Source: Sphaerodactylus townsendi
Taxonomy: Eukaryota
Length of the DNA stretch: 63,715 bases
Assembly: GCF_021028975.2 (NCBI RefSeq)
Contig: NC_059430.1
Span: 4,030,001-4,093,715, forward strand
Direction: 5' to 3'
Shown: piece after piece, positions 37,261-49,424 of the stretch
Layout of the letters: each line of letters opens with the position of its first letter
How positions within the stretch are numbered: the stretch's first letter is position 1
Notes under the pieces: generated by a model
Databases searched by the model: none
Told to the model about the DNA's origin: nothing
Seen by the model: the letters and a program-made list of their open reading frames with translations, nothing else
Translations under genes and position numbers: made by a program

Positions 37261-37395
37261 ATGGAGAAAGCACACCGCAAAGCATACAACTGTGAGGGAA
37301 GCAGTAGGTGCATAAATTGCTGCATTGTGTCCCCCTACAACAAAATAAACATCCGATTAATAACAAAAGTTCACACAACTGTGCAGCAATTTGCT

Positions 37396-38370
37396 CTAAT
37401 GTAGAAAGTGATTATGTTTAGATGGTCTCCAGCTTTCCACAGCCTTCTTCAAGGCCCCCTTCACTTCTTTGTTGCGGAGGCTGTAGATGAGGGGGTTCAG
37501 CATTGGGGTGATGACGCAGAACATGATGGAGAGCAAAGTGCCCGTCGCCAAGGAGTAACCGGCGCTTGGCCTCTGATAGTTCAGTAACGCATTTCCATAG
37601 TAAATGAAGACAACCGTGAGGTGAGACGCACAAGTGGAAAAGGCTTTGCGCTTGCCGGTAGTGGAATGAATCCTCAAGATGGAGGACAGGATAAAGACGT
37701 ATGAGAAAAGGGTGAACAGAAAGGGGGCCCCACCCATCAAAAGCCCTACTATGTGGTCTGCCATTTCATTGATGTGTACGTCATTGCAAGCAATTTTCAT
37801 GAGTGGAGGGAGATCACAGAAGATGTGATGAATCTGGTTGACTCCACAGAACTCCAACCTGGAGCTGAGTGTTGTATGAAGAGCAGAGTCTAGGAAGCCT
37901 ATAATCCAAGTGGCAAAGGCCAGTATGGTGCACACCTTGGTGTTCATGAGGTGTGAGTAATGCAGAGGTTTACAGATGGCGGCGTAGCGGTCGTAGGCCA
38001 TGACAGCCAGCAGCAGAGTCTCTGCCCCTATGAAAGTCATCAAGAAGAAGAGCTGGGCCATACACTGGTTGTAGGAGATGGTCTGTTGCTGGAGCAAGAG
38101 GTTTACCACCATCTTAGGGACAGTGACAGAGGAGAGGCACATATCTAAGCAGGAGAGATGGCTGAGGAAATAATACATGGGGGTTTGGAGGCTGGATTTC
38201 AGTTGAATCATCGTAAATATCATGAGGTTCCCCAGTACAGTGACCAAGTAGATGGCCAAGAATGCCAAGGCGAGATACGTCTGACCATACAGAATGCCAG
38301 AGAAACCCAGGAGAACAAATTCCACCACCTGCGTCTGATTCCTGATTCCCATGGAGAGCTCAAAACTCAT
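37396..38370 (-). CDS. Olfactory receptor OR6, intact, 324 aa from MSFELSMGIRNQT
   Basis: Full OR motif set; start placed after acceptor ttttctttttacag by comparison with paralogs. Confidence 0.95.
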   Translation of the reverse strand: MSFELSMGIRNQTQVVEFVLLGFSGILYGQTYLALAFLAIYLVTVLGNLMIFTMIQLKSSLQTPMYYFLSHLSCLDMCLSSVTVPKMVVNLLLQQQTISYNQCMAQLFFLMTFIGAETLLLAVMAYDRYAAICKPLHYSHLMNTKVCTILAFATWIIGFLDSALHTTLSSRLEFCGVNQIHHIFCDLPPLMKIACNDVHINEMADHIVGLLMGGAPFLFTLFSYVFILSSILRIHSTTGKRKAFSTCASHLTVVFIYYGNALLNYQRPSAGYSLATGTLLSIMFCVITPMLNPLIYSLRNKEVKGALKKAVESWRPSKHNHFLH

Positions 38371-39260
38371 CTGTAAAAAGAAAACAATCCAATGAGAGAA
38401 GAGAATTCCAGAAGGATATTGACATCTGGAGCTTATGCAGAGGAGGGCAGCCCAAATAGTAAAAGGTTGGAAATCCATTTGCTATGCGGAGAGACTTAGG
38501 GAGCTGGGTAAGTTCGAACTGGGAAAGAGAAAGTTAAGGGGTGACATGATAGCCGTGTTTAATTATTTGAAGGATGTCGTGTTGAAGAGGGAGCAAGCTT
38601 GTTTTCTGCTGCTCCAGAGGCTAGGACAAGGAGTAATGGATTCAAGGTCCAGGAAAGGAGATTCCACCTAAACATCAGGAAGAATTTCCTGACACTAAGA
38701 GCTGTTTGACTGTGAAATGTGCTGCCTCAGTGGGTGGTGGAGTCTCCTTCCTTGGAGGTTTTTAAGCCCAGGAGCCGGTACAGGAGGACAGACCAGGCTC
38801 TTATCTCCCTAGGAGAGCAGTGGCGGCCAGGGGTAAGTCCCACACTCTGCCTTGTTNNNNNNNNNNNNNNNNNNNNNNNNNNNNNNNNNNNNNNNNNNNN
38901 NNNNNNNNNNNNNNNNNNNNNNNNNNNNNNNNNNNNNNNNNNNNNNNNNNNNNNNNNNNNNNNNNNNNNNNNNNNNNNNNNNNNNNNNNNNNNNNNNNNN
39001 NNNNNNNNNNNNNNNNNNNNNNNNNNNNNNNNNNNNNNNNNNNNNNNNNNNNNNNNNNNNNNNNNNNNNNNNNNNNNNNNNNNNNNNNNNNNNNNNNNNN
39101 NNNNNNNNNNNNNNNNNNNNNNNNNNNNNNNNNNNNNNNNNNNNNNNNNNNNNNNNNNNNNNNNNNNNNNNNNNNNNNNNNNNNNNNNNNNNNNNNNNNN
39201 NNNNNNNNNNNNNNNNNNNNNNNNNNNNNNNNNNNNNNNNNNNNNNNNNNNNNNNNNNNN

Positions 39261-39532
39261 CCCCTTTCTCTCCTGCAGGAGACTCAAAGGGGCTGACAAT
39301 CTCCTTGCCCTTCCCCGCTCACAACAAGCAGCCTGTGAGGTGTGTGGGGCTGAGAGAGCTCCAAGAAGCTGTGACTAGCCCAAGATCACCCAGCTGCCGT
39401 GTGTGGGAGTGCACAGGCTAATCTGAATTCCCCAGATAAGCCTCCACAGCTCAGGCAGCAGAGCTGGGAATCAAACCCGGTTCCTCCAGATTAGATACAC
39501 AAGCTCTTAACCTCCTACACCACTGCTGCTCC
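39261..39532 (-). mobile_element. Squam3-like SINE (tail in gap)
   Basis: Same family. Confidence 0.85.
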
Positions 39533-39874
39533 AGAGACTATACTTTTAGATACTGCTACGTTTTAACCATATTATTTATTGTATTTATTGTATTTTTAAA
39601 TTTTAAATGTTGTACATCTCCCAGAGTCCAACCCTGACTGTGAATGGTTGGGATATACATTTAATAAAATAAACAAATAAAAATCTGCAGGTCAGAAGCA
39701 GAGGCAGCATGGTCTCTTGGCTAAATAAACCCAACTGGGAATCTGGAGACCAAGAACCCAACAGTCTTGGCGAACACTGAGCAAGAAAGAGTAGTAAAGT
39801 CAATGTGGTCTTTTGTAGCTTAGAATCAGTCAAAGCTGTATCGTGGGAATTATGTATCAAGATCGAGGGATGTA

Positions 39875-40425
39875 TTAGTGTCTAGATGGAGGGATGTAAT
39901 TGTAGCTCTCTATTCTGCACTGGTTAGACCTCACCTGGAATATGGTGTTCAGTTCTGGGCACCACAATTCAAGAAGGATATGGACAAGCTGAAACGGGTC
40001 CAGAGGAGGGCAACCAAAATGGTCAAAGGTCTGGAATCCAGGCCCCATGAGGAGAGACTTAGGGAGCTGGAGATGTTTAGTTTGGTGAAGAGAAGGTGAC
40101 ATGATAGCCATGATTAGATATTTGAAGGGATGTCATGTTGGTGAGGGAGCAAGCTTGTTTTCTGCTGCTCCAGAGACTAGGACTAGGAGGTTCAAGGTGA
40201 AGGAAAAAAGATTCCACCTAAACATCAGGAAAAACTTCCTGATAGTAAGAACTTTTTCACAGTGGAATGCACTGCCTAGGAGTGTGGTGGAGTCTCCTTC
40301 TTTGGAGTTTTTAAACAGAGACTTGATGGCCATCTGTTGGGAGTGCTTTGATTGTGTGTTCCTGCATTTCAGGGAGTTGGACTTGATGGCCCTTGGGGGT
40401 CCCTTACAACTCTGTGATTCTATGT
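39875..40425 (+). mobile_element. Older CR1 3' fragment (another at ~31038-31372)
   Basis: [33 protein letters not shown]. Confidence 0.85.
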
Positions 40426-40612
40426 GTTGAGGGTCAGGCTCAGAAGCTGCTAAAACTGGAAGGAATGTCCAACTTCGCAGGAATGCACATGTAATTCAAA
40501 ATGGGGTGGGTTGGTTGGGGTCCAACAGATGTTCATGCATATGATAAACTTGTAATCATTATTTTAAAGTAGGTCTGGTTATGAGAAAACATAGCAAGAC
40601 TGAGCCAACAGA

Positions 40613-40646
40613 CATCATCATCATCATCATCGTCATCATCATCATC

Positions 40647-40705
<59 letters not shown>
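40613..40705. repeat. (CAT)n followed by (ATTT)n microsatellite (L2 tail)
   Basis: Seen directly. Confidence 0.92.
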
Positions 40706-40709
<4 letters not shown>

Positions 40710-42206
40710 AATATACCGCCCCATCCCGAAGGGGCTCTGGGCGGTGTACAACATAAAAACATCATACATAAAACATCATAATATATTAGCTAGAGGAGCG
40801 AATCAAAATTATAATTAATATCTATGCTCCATCACTATAAAATCCCATTTGAAACAGCAGTTATTTCTTAGTACAGGCACCCCACGAAACCCTTACTTAA
40901 AACCTAAAACCCTCCCAGAGGAGAGGGGGGGAAGACAGTGGGTCCCAATGATGTTAAGGACCCCTATATAGCAGAAAAGGAAGGAATAAAGGAATAAAAT
41001 TAAGATGCTGTATAGATAATTTTGCATGGGATTATAAAATGACTAGTTAGCTAAGAATGTGCACCATCATCAAGTGGGGTGGGTGGCTGTTACGAGATGA
41101 TTTAAGAACCTATTGATTTGAATTGATTGGGAGCTTCCTCTTAGAAAGGTAAAACTTCCCTCCAGTAACATGACAAGGAAGGAAAGAAAAGCCATCAAAT
41201 ACCTCAATTCCGATTCAGAAATAATTCTCTCAGCGGACAAGTAATCATGAAAACAGAACAGTACAAAGAAAAAATCAGACAACTTTTTGATCCCACAACA
41301 TACAAAAAACTGAAACAGGACCCTACCAACAACATTACCAGAAAAAAACAACCCTTTGACTAAGAACTCCTCAATTAATCCTAACATACGCCAACATCTA
41401 TGCAAATCCGAAGCTCTGCCTTCTAGACTTTATGGATTCCCAAAAAATCCACAAGGACTTCACTCCACTCAGACCCACTGTGAGCGCCAACAGATCCCCT
41501 ACATACAATTTGGCAACATTTCTGGCTTCACAATTACAAAGCCACGTTGGACATGCCACACACTACATTAAAGACTCGGTCCTTTTCATAGAAAAAATCG
41601 GCAATCTTAAACTCAGTCCCAATGACAAACTGATCAGTTTTGATGTGGTTTCCCTATTCACCAAAGTCCCCTTAGCAGACATCATCGCGCTCATTAACCA
41701 GATTTTCCCTAAAGACATTACAACCCTGTTTCAACATTGCCTCACTACCAGCTACTTCCAATGGGTTAATGAATTCTATGAACACACAGAGAGATGGGGT
41801 AGCCATGGGTAGCCCTCTTAGCCCTGTAATAGCAAAATTTTACATGGTACATTTTGAGGAAACAGCACCAAAAAAGGCCACTATATGGTTCCATTATGTG
41901 GATGACACGTTCACAATTCAGAGCCACAGAGAAGAAGAACTAAACAAGTTTCTGGACCACTCTGACAACCACTACGTCAGACTACACAGAGAAGCCATTG
42001 AAATCCACAACCACATGGACAATTTCAACAGAAAGGAAGAAACCATGAAAATGAACAAAATTTGGCTACCAGTACTGAAAAACACAAGAACCAAGACAGT
42101 GACTAATGAACACCACCCAGACAAAGGTTGTCTCCAGGCAGGAAGCAATCAAAGGGAACAAAAGGCCGGGTGCTACAATGCAGATGCCCTCACTCATTGA
42201 TTATGC

Positions 42207-42343
42207 CAGGGGTCTTCAAACTACGGCCCACCAGATGTTCATAGACTACAATTCCCCTGAGCCCTACCACTTGGCCATGCTGGCAAGGACTGATGGGAAT
42301 TGTAGTCTATGAACATCTGGAGGGCCATAGTTTGAAGACCCTG
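42207..42343. mobile_element. Palindromic hAT MITE inside a Penelope element
   Basis: TIRs CAGGGGTCTTCAAACTA; TSD GATTATGC. Confidence 0.88.
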
Positions 42344-42515
42344 GATTATGCTATCTTCATGGTTACTCACATGCTAAATAGATAGATCCCACCCAACGCA
42401 TGCAAATCAAGTTTGTTAATTGCACCCTTTACACTTGTTAACAGGCAAATGGTTCTTTCTCCCACCCTGGACATTCCACAAGCATATAGACTCCACTTGC
42501 TTTACTACCATCAGG

Positions 42516-42558
42516 TCCTCTGAAGATGCCAGCCACAGAGGCAGGCGAAACGTCAGGA
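42516..42558 (+). ncRNA. Minimal type I hammerhead ribozyme motif of Penelope terminal repeat, intact core
   Basis: TCCT-CTGAAGA-T-GCCAGC-loop-GCAGGC-GAAA-CGTC-AGGA: stem I TCCT/AGGA, core, stem II, GUC cleavage triplet. Confidence 0.75.
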
Positions 42559-43011
42559 GAGAATGCTGCTAGAACACGGCCACACAGCCCGGAAACCACA
42601 CAGCGCCCCAGTTTCTTCTTAGTTTGTAATCTGTGAATCTTTGGGTAAGATACTTTTATGGATTTATGTAACTGGTCACCTTTGTGTAGCCGTGAGGGTT
42701 CTGTAGTTTGGCACAAAGAGGACCTCTGTGGCACCTGAGATTATTTTAATGGCTTTCAGAAAAAAGCACAGGCTTGGACCCCAAAGGAATCATCCCTCTC
42801 TCTCCCTCCCTCCCTCCCTCCCTCTCTTGCCAAATGAGACCTCAGTTCATTTCTTGCACCTTCTTCTCCCTGTCCTTCCTTGTCTCTGCTCCCTCTGCTC
42901 ACCTTCTCCGCTGCTGATGTTCTGACCGAGCAGTCCCTGGAACACGATTCCTTGGTTGGATGTTCTGCTTGCTTTACTTTGGATAACACAAGGACAATAC
43001 AAGCAAATAAT

Positions 43012-43187
43012 AGTGGGGTGCTGTGTAGTTTCCGGGCTGTATGGCCATGTTCTAGCAGATCCTCTGAAGATGCCAGCCACAGATGCAGGCAAAACGTCAG
43101 GAGAGAATGCTGCTAGAACACGGCCATACAGCTCGGAAACTACACAGGACACCAGTGATTCTGGCTGTGAAAGCCTTCGACAATACA
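43012..43187 (+). mobile_element. Penelope terminal-repeat fragment with inverted arm and mutated hammerhead (43060-43102)
   Basis: ~43015-43057 is the inverse of ~43110-43152; core GAAA changed to AAAA. Confidence 0.8.
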
Positions 43188-43493
43188 TTAAGCAAATAAT
43201 AACTTATTACTATTATTTTATTGAGGGATATGTTGATTACATAGATCAAGCTACCAAAGTGGCAAAGATACTAACTGCTGTCATTTGGTCTTGGTATATT
43301 TCATTATCCTTAGAAAAAATATACATTCTGTCCATACTGGACAAGTTCGAAATCTGAACAAACCAATAGTTCAGTAAGGCTTACCTGGAGTGGCTGCCAC
43401 CAGCTAAGGGGGTCAAGTTGCCACCTCTTTTTCTGCCTCCAGGTTGAGAGGTGTTTGCCCAGCACCTGGAAATATGGTGGCCTCCAAAAGTTA

Positions 43494-43835
43494 CTCACCT
43501 TTGCACACAGAATGGTAAGTCAGTTTGGGTCCCTTGTCCCCTTCAAGTCTGTCCATTACCATTCGTCCCATCTTCAAGATGATAACACCTTAGACTAGAG
43601 CATTCAGGATGTTTGTGCATGGTAGTCTCCAGACAGGATCTTCTCTAGGTCTTGAAATCCTCTTAATGCCTCCTGTATGAATGATGTCCTGGAGCAGCCA
43701 GAGGTATTCAAAGCTTGATGCTGCCCTGAGGGCCTAATCCTGCTCATGGCCTGGGTTCCTTGGGGATGCTCCTGGATTGAAAGCCCTCAGGGAGTGAGGA
43801 GCACTGGTTGGAGGCTCAGAGAATTGGGATGGATT
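43494..43835 (-). promoter_or_regulatory. Putative OR6 promoter and 5' non-coding exon
   Basis: Paralogous block; donor AAG|GTGAGT near 43494; O/E-like cluster 43722-43830. Confidence 0.6.
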
Positions 43836-44319
43836 GTCTCTCACAATGTCAGAGGAGATAAATATAATATATGCCCAAAGGGCTGTCCAGAACATGTATG
43901 AAAAGGTTGGTAATCCTGAATCAGGACAAAAAAAACCTTGTTGGTATTTTTTTTAAGTTTTTTTCACCTCCAAAAAAGGTGGTCATAAAAGGAAACTGAA
44001 AAATCAGATCCCGAATTTTGGTGGCATTTTTCGGGCCCATTCGGCTTGCTGTCTCCAAAAAGAAAGAAAGAAAATAAAATAAAACCTCTCTACATCCTCC
44101 TTCCCCCCCTTTCTTATCTGCAGCCTGGACGGACCCAGCATTCAACAGCATTCAACTTGGGGATGCATCTTGGATCGGGGGCCTCTTTGCTGGTTGCTCT
44201 TTGCTTTTCGGACCGGGGCTTCTTTACTGCTTACTGTTTGCTCTACTTCTCCTGACCTGTTTGGAACGCAGATAACAGCCCACAGCTCTGGCTCTCTCCT
44301 TCCTGCCAGATGGCTTGCT

Positions 44320-44576
44320 TTCTCACAATACTAGAATCAGGGGGCATTCATTGAAAATGCTGGGGGGAAGAATTAGGACTAATAAAAGGAAACACTTCTT
44401 CACACAACGTGTGATTGGTGTTTGGAATATGCTGCCACAGGAGGTGGTGATGGCCACTAACCTGAATAGCTTTAAAAGGGGCTTGGACAGATTTATGGAG
44501 GAGAAGTCGATTTATAGCTACCAATCTTGATCCTCCTTGATCCAGCTGGCTTGTTCTTATGTTCTTATGTTCTTAT
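44320..44576 (+). mobile_element. Young CR1 3' end with deleted 3' UTR
   Basis: HSLKMLGGRIRTNKRKHFF; tail present. Confidence 0.85.
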
Positions 44577-45492
44577 GCTATCTCCCGCCTGACCTTGGGA
44601 GGAGGCATTGGCTTTCCTACACTGTTCCCACTTTGTTCCCTGCGTGGAAAAAAGGCACCATGGGGGTTAGCTTCAGTAGAATTATACTAGAGGAAATTGG
44701 GGATTGCTACAGAACTGGCTTTTGCAAAGCCAGGCTTCAGGTGTCCAGTTCAATAAACGCTTCTGATTGATGAAATCCAGAGTGGTTATTGTGTTTAACT
44801 TTTGACCTGACAGCACCTGCCTCTAAAGTCCAAGTGTGTCTTGGAAGTAGCAGGCAGCTTGAATTCACATGGAATCCAGAAGCAAGCATATATTTCGAGT
44901 TCCAGCATAATACGCCAAAAGGTTTTGGGAAAACCTGAAAAATCTGATATGTAATACTGGCTTTTTCAAAAATTTCCAAATCTAATAAACCTGTATGCGA
45001 AAAATACTGCTTTTTCTACACATGACTAATGTAAAAACATTGTAGGCCAGCCTGGCAATTGTGTCCTAAGCTTTCTCCCTGGCATTGTCAGACTCCAGGC
45101 GGGGACTGGAGATCCCCCCAGAATTACAGCTCATCCCCAGATGACAGAGATCAGTTTCCCCCTGAGAAAATGGTTCAGTTGATGCTGTGTGCCATCTGCT
45201 TTCTACCCTGCATCCTTGGAACCCAGTGTAGGTCGCTTGGTTCTGTTTCATGGACCCAAAACCACGTCATGATCTGGTGCAGTATCACCACTAAGAATTC
45301 TCCCAATTCCTCCGCTATTCCCATCCTATCCCCTCAAAACTGTGTATGTGTTCTGTTGCTTTGATTATTGTGTGTTTGTGTATCCCCATTATCCCTAAAT
45401 AAACTTATTGAACTTTATTTGCTCTCCTGAAGAATTTCTTGCAAAATCTGATTTTTGTATACATAGGCAACAAAGATCCTGAGCTTGCCCAA

Positions 45493-45610
45493 AGCAGATT
45501 CCGCATGGGCCAAAAACAGCTGTGTGAAAACAGTGTAAAATGGTTTAAAAGGGTGTAAAAGGGTTTACACCGCTTTCATACCACTGTTTTTGGCCCATGC
45601 GGAATCTGCC
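45493..45610. mobile_element. Short palindromic Harbinger-like MITE
   Basis: Near-perfect inverted arms GCAGATTCCGCATGGGCCAAAAACAG; TSD CAA. Confidence 0.78.
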
Positions 45611-47671
45611 CAAGAGTCTGCTCTCACTAATTCCTCACTCTAAAAAGTAGACTCCCACCACTTCAGGTAACATGACTGACAAAACCACTTCTCTCTTCTT
45701 TGTCAAATTACCCTGGGAGTAAGAGATAATCTACTGTATCCATCTAAGAAGCAGGCAGTTTAGAAGAGTAGTTTCCATCCTTTTTACTTTGGAAACTCCC
45801 AAGTCCCAATTTATTTGGCCTGGTAACACATTCAGTGCCAACCCAAGGTTTTTTGCACTCTAGGCCAACTATGCCCATCTAGCTCAGCATTCCGTTATCT
45901 ACAATGACCAACCAGATGTTTTTGAGACATCAAAAAATGTTGCACAAAGGGCACGACTGCTCCCACTATGAACCCCAAGCAAGTATAATTCCAGCACCCT
46001 TTTCTTCTCCATTATGCCCAATATTCACCACCACCACCACCACCCACCAAATTTTACAAAAAACTTGCTCTAGGTCACATCAGGACCCATTTTACTTGAT
46101 TCTTTGCAACTCAACATGCATAGCAATGAAGGAAAAATGCCAATTATTGTATGATCTGGAAGATGTTTGGTTTCAAAAATGTACACCGAAGCTTTGCCTA
46201 AAATTAAACATTCAAGTTGGCTCTTTGGGGAACTACTTCACACATGAAGGTTTTCCCACAGGGAAGGGTGTGTGCTAACACCTGTAGTCAAATGTCCTGT
46301 TTTGCTTTCTGAGATGGCACATTGGTTGCATCCATCTACTCCCTCTAGTACAAGAGGCGCTCTACCTTTTTGGACAAGTTGCTGGAAAACATGGGGGAGA
46401 TATAGCTGCCACCTTCCTGCTTGTGAGCTTCCTAAAGGCAGTGGTTGGCCATGCTGGGCCTAACCATTCATGTTTCTAAGTCAAAGGTCCTTGTCTTTAG
46501 TAAAAACCATGGAGAAGTGGACAGTAGCAGGTCAGCCGGTGGAGCTAATAGAGAAATTCCAGTATTTTGAAAGNNNNNNNNNNNNNNNNNNNNNNNNNNN
46601 NNNNNNNNNNNNNNNNNNNNNNNNNNNNNNNNNNNNNNNNNNNNNNNNNNNNNNNNNNNNNNNNNNNNNNNNNNNNNNNNNNNNNNNNNNNNNNNNNNNN
46701 NNNNNNNNNNNNNNNNNNNNNNNNNNNCAATCCCCGAAGGGCTCTGGGCGGTGTACAGTGAGACATAGAACAAATACAAAATAAGATCTCATAAATACAA
46801 TATAGCAATAAAACATTAAAATTCATTAAAATTCATTATAGCAGCAATTCCAAAAAATACAGATAAGTAATAAGAACAGTAATGAGGACTGGAAAGGATG
46901 TTTCAAGATTTTATTATTCCGCCGAGTGACAATATGTTCCATTTAATGCTGAAGTTTCTGGACAGTAATTGTATGCTAGATGGATTTGGGCTGCTGTTGT
47001 TATTGCTGTTGACACTATTATTATTTGACTTGTAAACCGCTCTCCCTATCAGATGGTCTCAGAGCGGCAAACATCAATAACTTATACAATTAAAACAATA
47101 TACAATATAGAGTCCCATTCTATGGCACCTTCCATATGCACACTACTGAGAGATGCTTAGGGTGGGGCATTCAGCAAATGATATGTACGTTCTGGTCCCC
47201 CTTTCCCCCTTTCTTTTGCTCCTTTGCTTTCTGAATTTCTTAATTCTTGACTTTGGCTTATTCTGTAGCGGGTTACTCACATTTCAGTATCCTATTCCTG
47301 TCACTTCAGTTAGCTACTGAATCGGTAAATTCTTGCTAACTTATTTATTAATTGTTATCCGCTGTTTTATATGAGTTTTTAGGATGTTTTATTGATGATT
47401 AATGGGATGGAGCTTGTGTATTTGTGTATTGTGTATGGTTTGCTCCTGCTTAATGTTCTTTGAATTGTGTTGTTCACCGCCCGGAGCCCTTTGGGGATTG
47501 GGCGGTATAGAAATTGAATAAATAAATAAAATAAAATAAAATAAATATTTCACTAAGTCCCATTATAGCAAAATATAAATACAGTTAATACCAGAGTTCT
47601 CACAGTTCTGCAGCCAGTAGTCTTCAAGGGGAACAATGTCGACATGTATCACAACATGTCTACCAATTGCT

Positions 47672-48628
47672 CTATTTGATCGAAGGAGAATGTTGACATT
47701 TCCTCCAGCTTTCCACAACCTTCTTCAGAGCCCCGTTCACTTCCTTGTTCCGTAGACTATAAATTATGGGGTTCAGCATTGGGGTGATGATACAGTACAT
47801 GGTGGAGGCCAAAGTGCCCGTCGCCAAGGAGTAACCCGTGCTTGGCCTCTGGTAGTTCAGTAACGCATTTCCATAGTAAATGAAGACAACCGTGAGGTGA
47901 GACGCACAAGTGGAAAAGGCTTTGCTTTTACCAGTAGTGGAACGGATATTCAAAATGGAGGACAGGATGAAGACGTATGAGAAAATAATGAACAGGAAGG
48001 GGCCCCCACCCACAAAAATTCCAGATATATGGAGGGCCAGTTCATTGATGTATGCATTGTTACAAGCAACTTTCATCAGTGGAGGGAGATCGCAGAAGAT
48101 GTGGTGAAGCTGGTTGACTCCACAGAAGTCCAACCTGGTGCTGAGTGCCGTGTGTAGAGCGGAGTCTAGAAAGCCCCAGATCCAAGTGGCAACGGCCAGT
48201 ATGGTGCACACCTTGGTGTTTATGAGGTGGGAGTAATGCAGAGGTTTACAGATGGCGGCGTAGCGGTCGTAGGCCATGATGGCCAGCAGGCCACCCTCGG
48301 CACCCATGAAAGAGATCAGGAAGAACATCTGGGCCATGCACTCGTTGTAGGAGATGGTCTGCTGTTGTTGCAAGAGGTTCACCACGATCTTTGGGACTGT
48401 GACAGAGGAGGTGAAAATATCTAAGCAGGAGAGATGGCTGAGGAAATAATACATGGGGCTATGGAGGCTGGAGTCCAGCTGAATCAGAATAAGTATCATG
48501 AGGTTCCCCAGTACAGTGACCAAGTAGATGGCCAAGAATGCCAAGAAGAGGTAGACGTGGCCATTTGGAATGCCTGAGAAACCCAGGAAGACAAATTCCA
48601 CCACCTGCGTCTGATTCCTGATTCCCAT
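47672..48628 (-). CDS. Olfactory receptor OR7, intact, 318 aa
   Basis: Full OR motif set (LHSPMYYF, MAYDRY, KAFSTCASH, PMLNPIIYSLRN). Confidence 0.96.
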   Translation of the reverse strand: MGIRNQTQVVEFVFLGFSGIPNGHVYLFLAFLAIYLVTVLGNLMILILIQLDSSLHSPMYYFLSHLSCLDIFTSSVTVPKIVVNLLQQQQTISYNECMAQMFFLISFMGAEGGLLAIMAYDRYAAICKPLHYSHLINTKVCTILAVATWIWGFLDSALHTALSTRLDFCGVNQLHHIFCDLPPLMKVACNNAYINELALHISGIFVGGGPFLFIIFSYVFILSSILNIRSTTGKSKAFSTCASHLTVVFIYYGNALLNYQRPSTGYSLATGTLASTMYCIITPMLNPIIYSLRNKEVNGALKKVVESWRKCQHSPSIK

Positions 48629-49424
48629 TCAGAGCCCAGAACTCACCTGTAAGGGGAAAATAATCAACTGAGAAAAGACATCTTGCATTATAAAAGTATC
48701 ATCCTGCATGATAAATATATTTTGAGATACCACCGGGCAGCTTGAATGGTAGTAATGTGGAAGAATCGGGATTCATGAAATAGTGCCCCTCAATAGACAC
48801 CTTATGATGTAGGTGGGGCTCAGAGAGTTTATTTATTTATTTATTTATGTGTTTGTTTGTTTGTTTGCTTGCTTGTTTGTTTGTTTGTTTTGTCGATTTT
48901 TTTACCGCCCAATCCCCGAAGGGCTCCGGGCGGTGAACAACACTCAACATCAAACAGGAGCAATTCATACACTAAAATATAAATACATATAGATATATAG
49001 GCTCCATCTCATCATCAACAGACAACCTAAATCTCATAAAAACAGCGAATAACAATTGATACATAAATAATACTTAAATAAACAAGAGGCACCCAGAAAC
49101 CCCAATTTAAAACCTACCCCCAGAGAAAAAAAGGGAGGACGGCGGGCCCCTCAATATGAGGGGACTCCGATGTAGCAGCGCCAAGCAAAGAGCGGTAAGT
49201 TCTAAATAAACTGTGTCTAGCCCTGTGGAGGAGCAGGGAAGTTAACCTGGTTGACCAGATAAGAGTCTGCTGCTTATGTCGACGAGTGGGAAATCAAACC
49301 CAGTTCTCCAGAATACAGACTACATGCTCTTAACCTCTACACCACGCTGGCTCTGAAAAAAATAATGGAGGGTATTTCAGAAGCAGAGGGCACCCAGACT
49401 CTTAGCTAAACTGACCCAATAGGA

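Larger units (their letters stand above)
41190..42612 (+). mobile_element. Degenerate Penelope-like element (RT fragment, internally deleted into endonuclease end, terminal repeat)
   Basis: PLRPTVSA, LISFDVVSLFTKVP, GVAMGSPLSP, YVDDTF, YVRLHREAIEI; frameshifted. Confidence 0.9.

Noticed and set aside
38719-39421. ORFs spanning N runs
   Set aside because: Artefacts of assembly gaps
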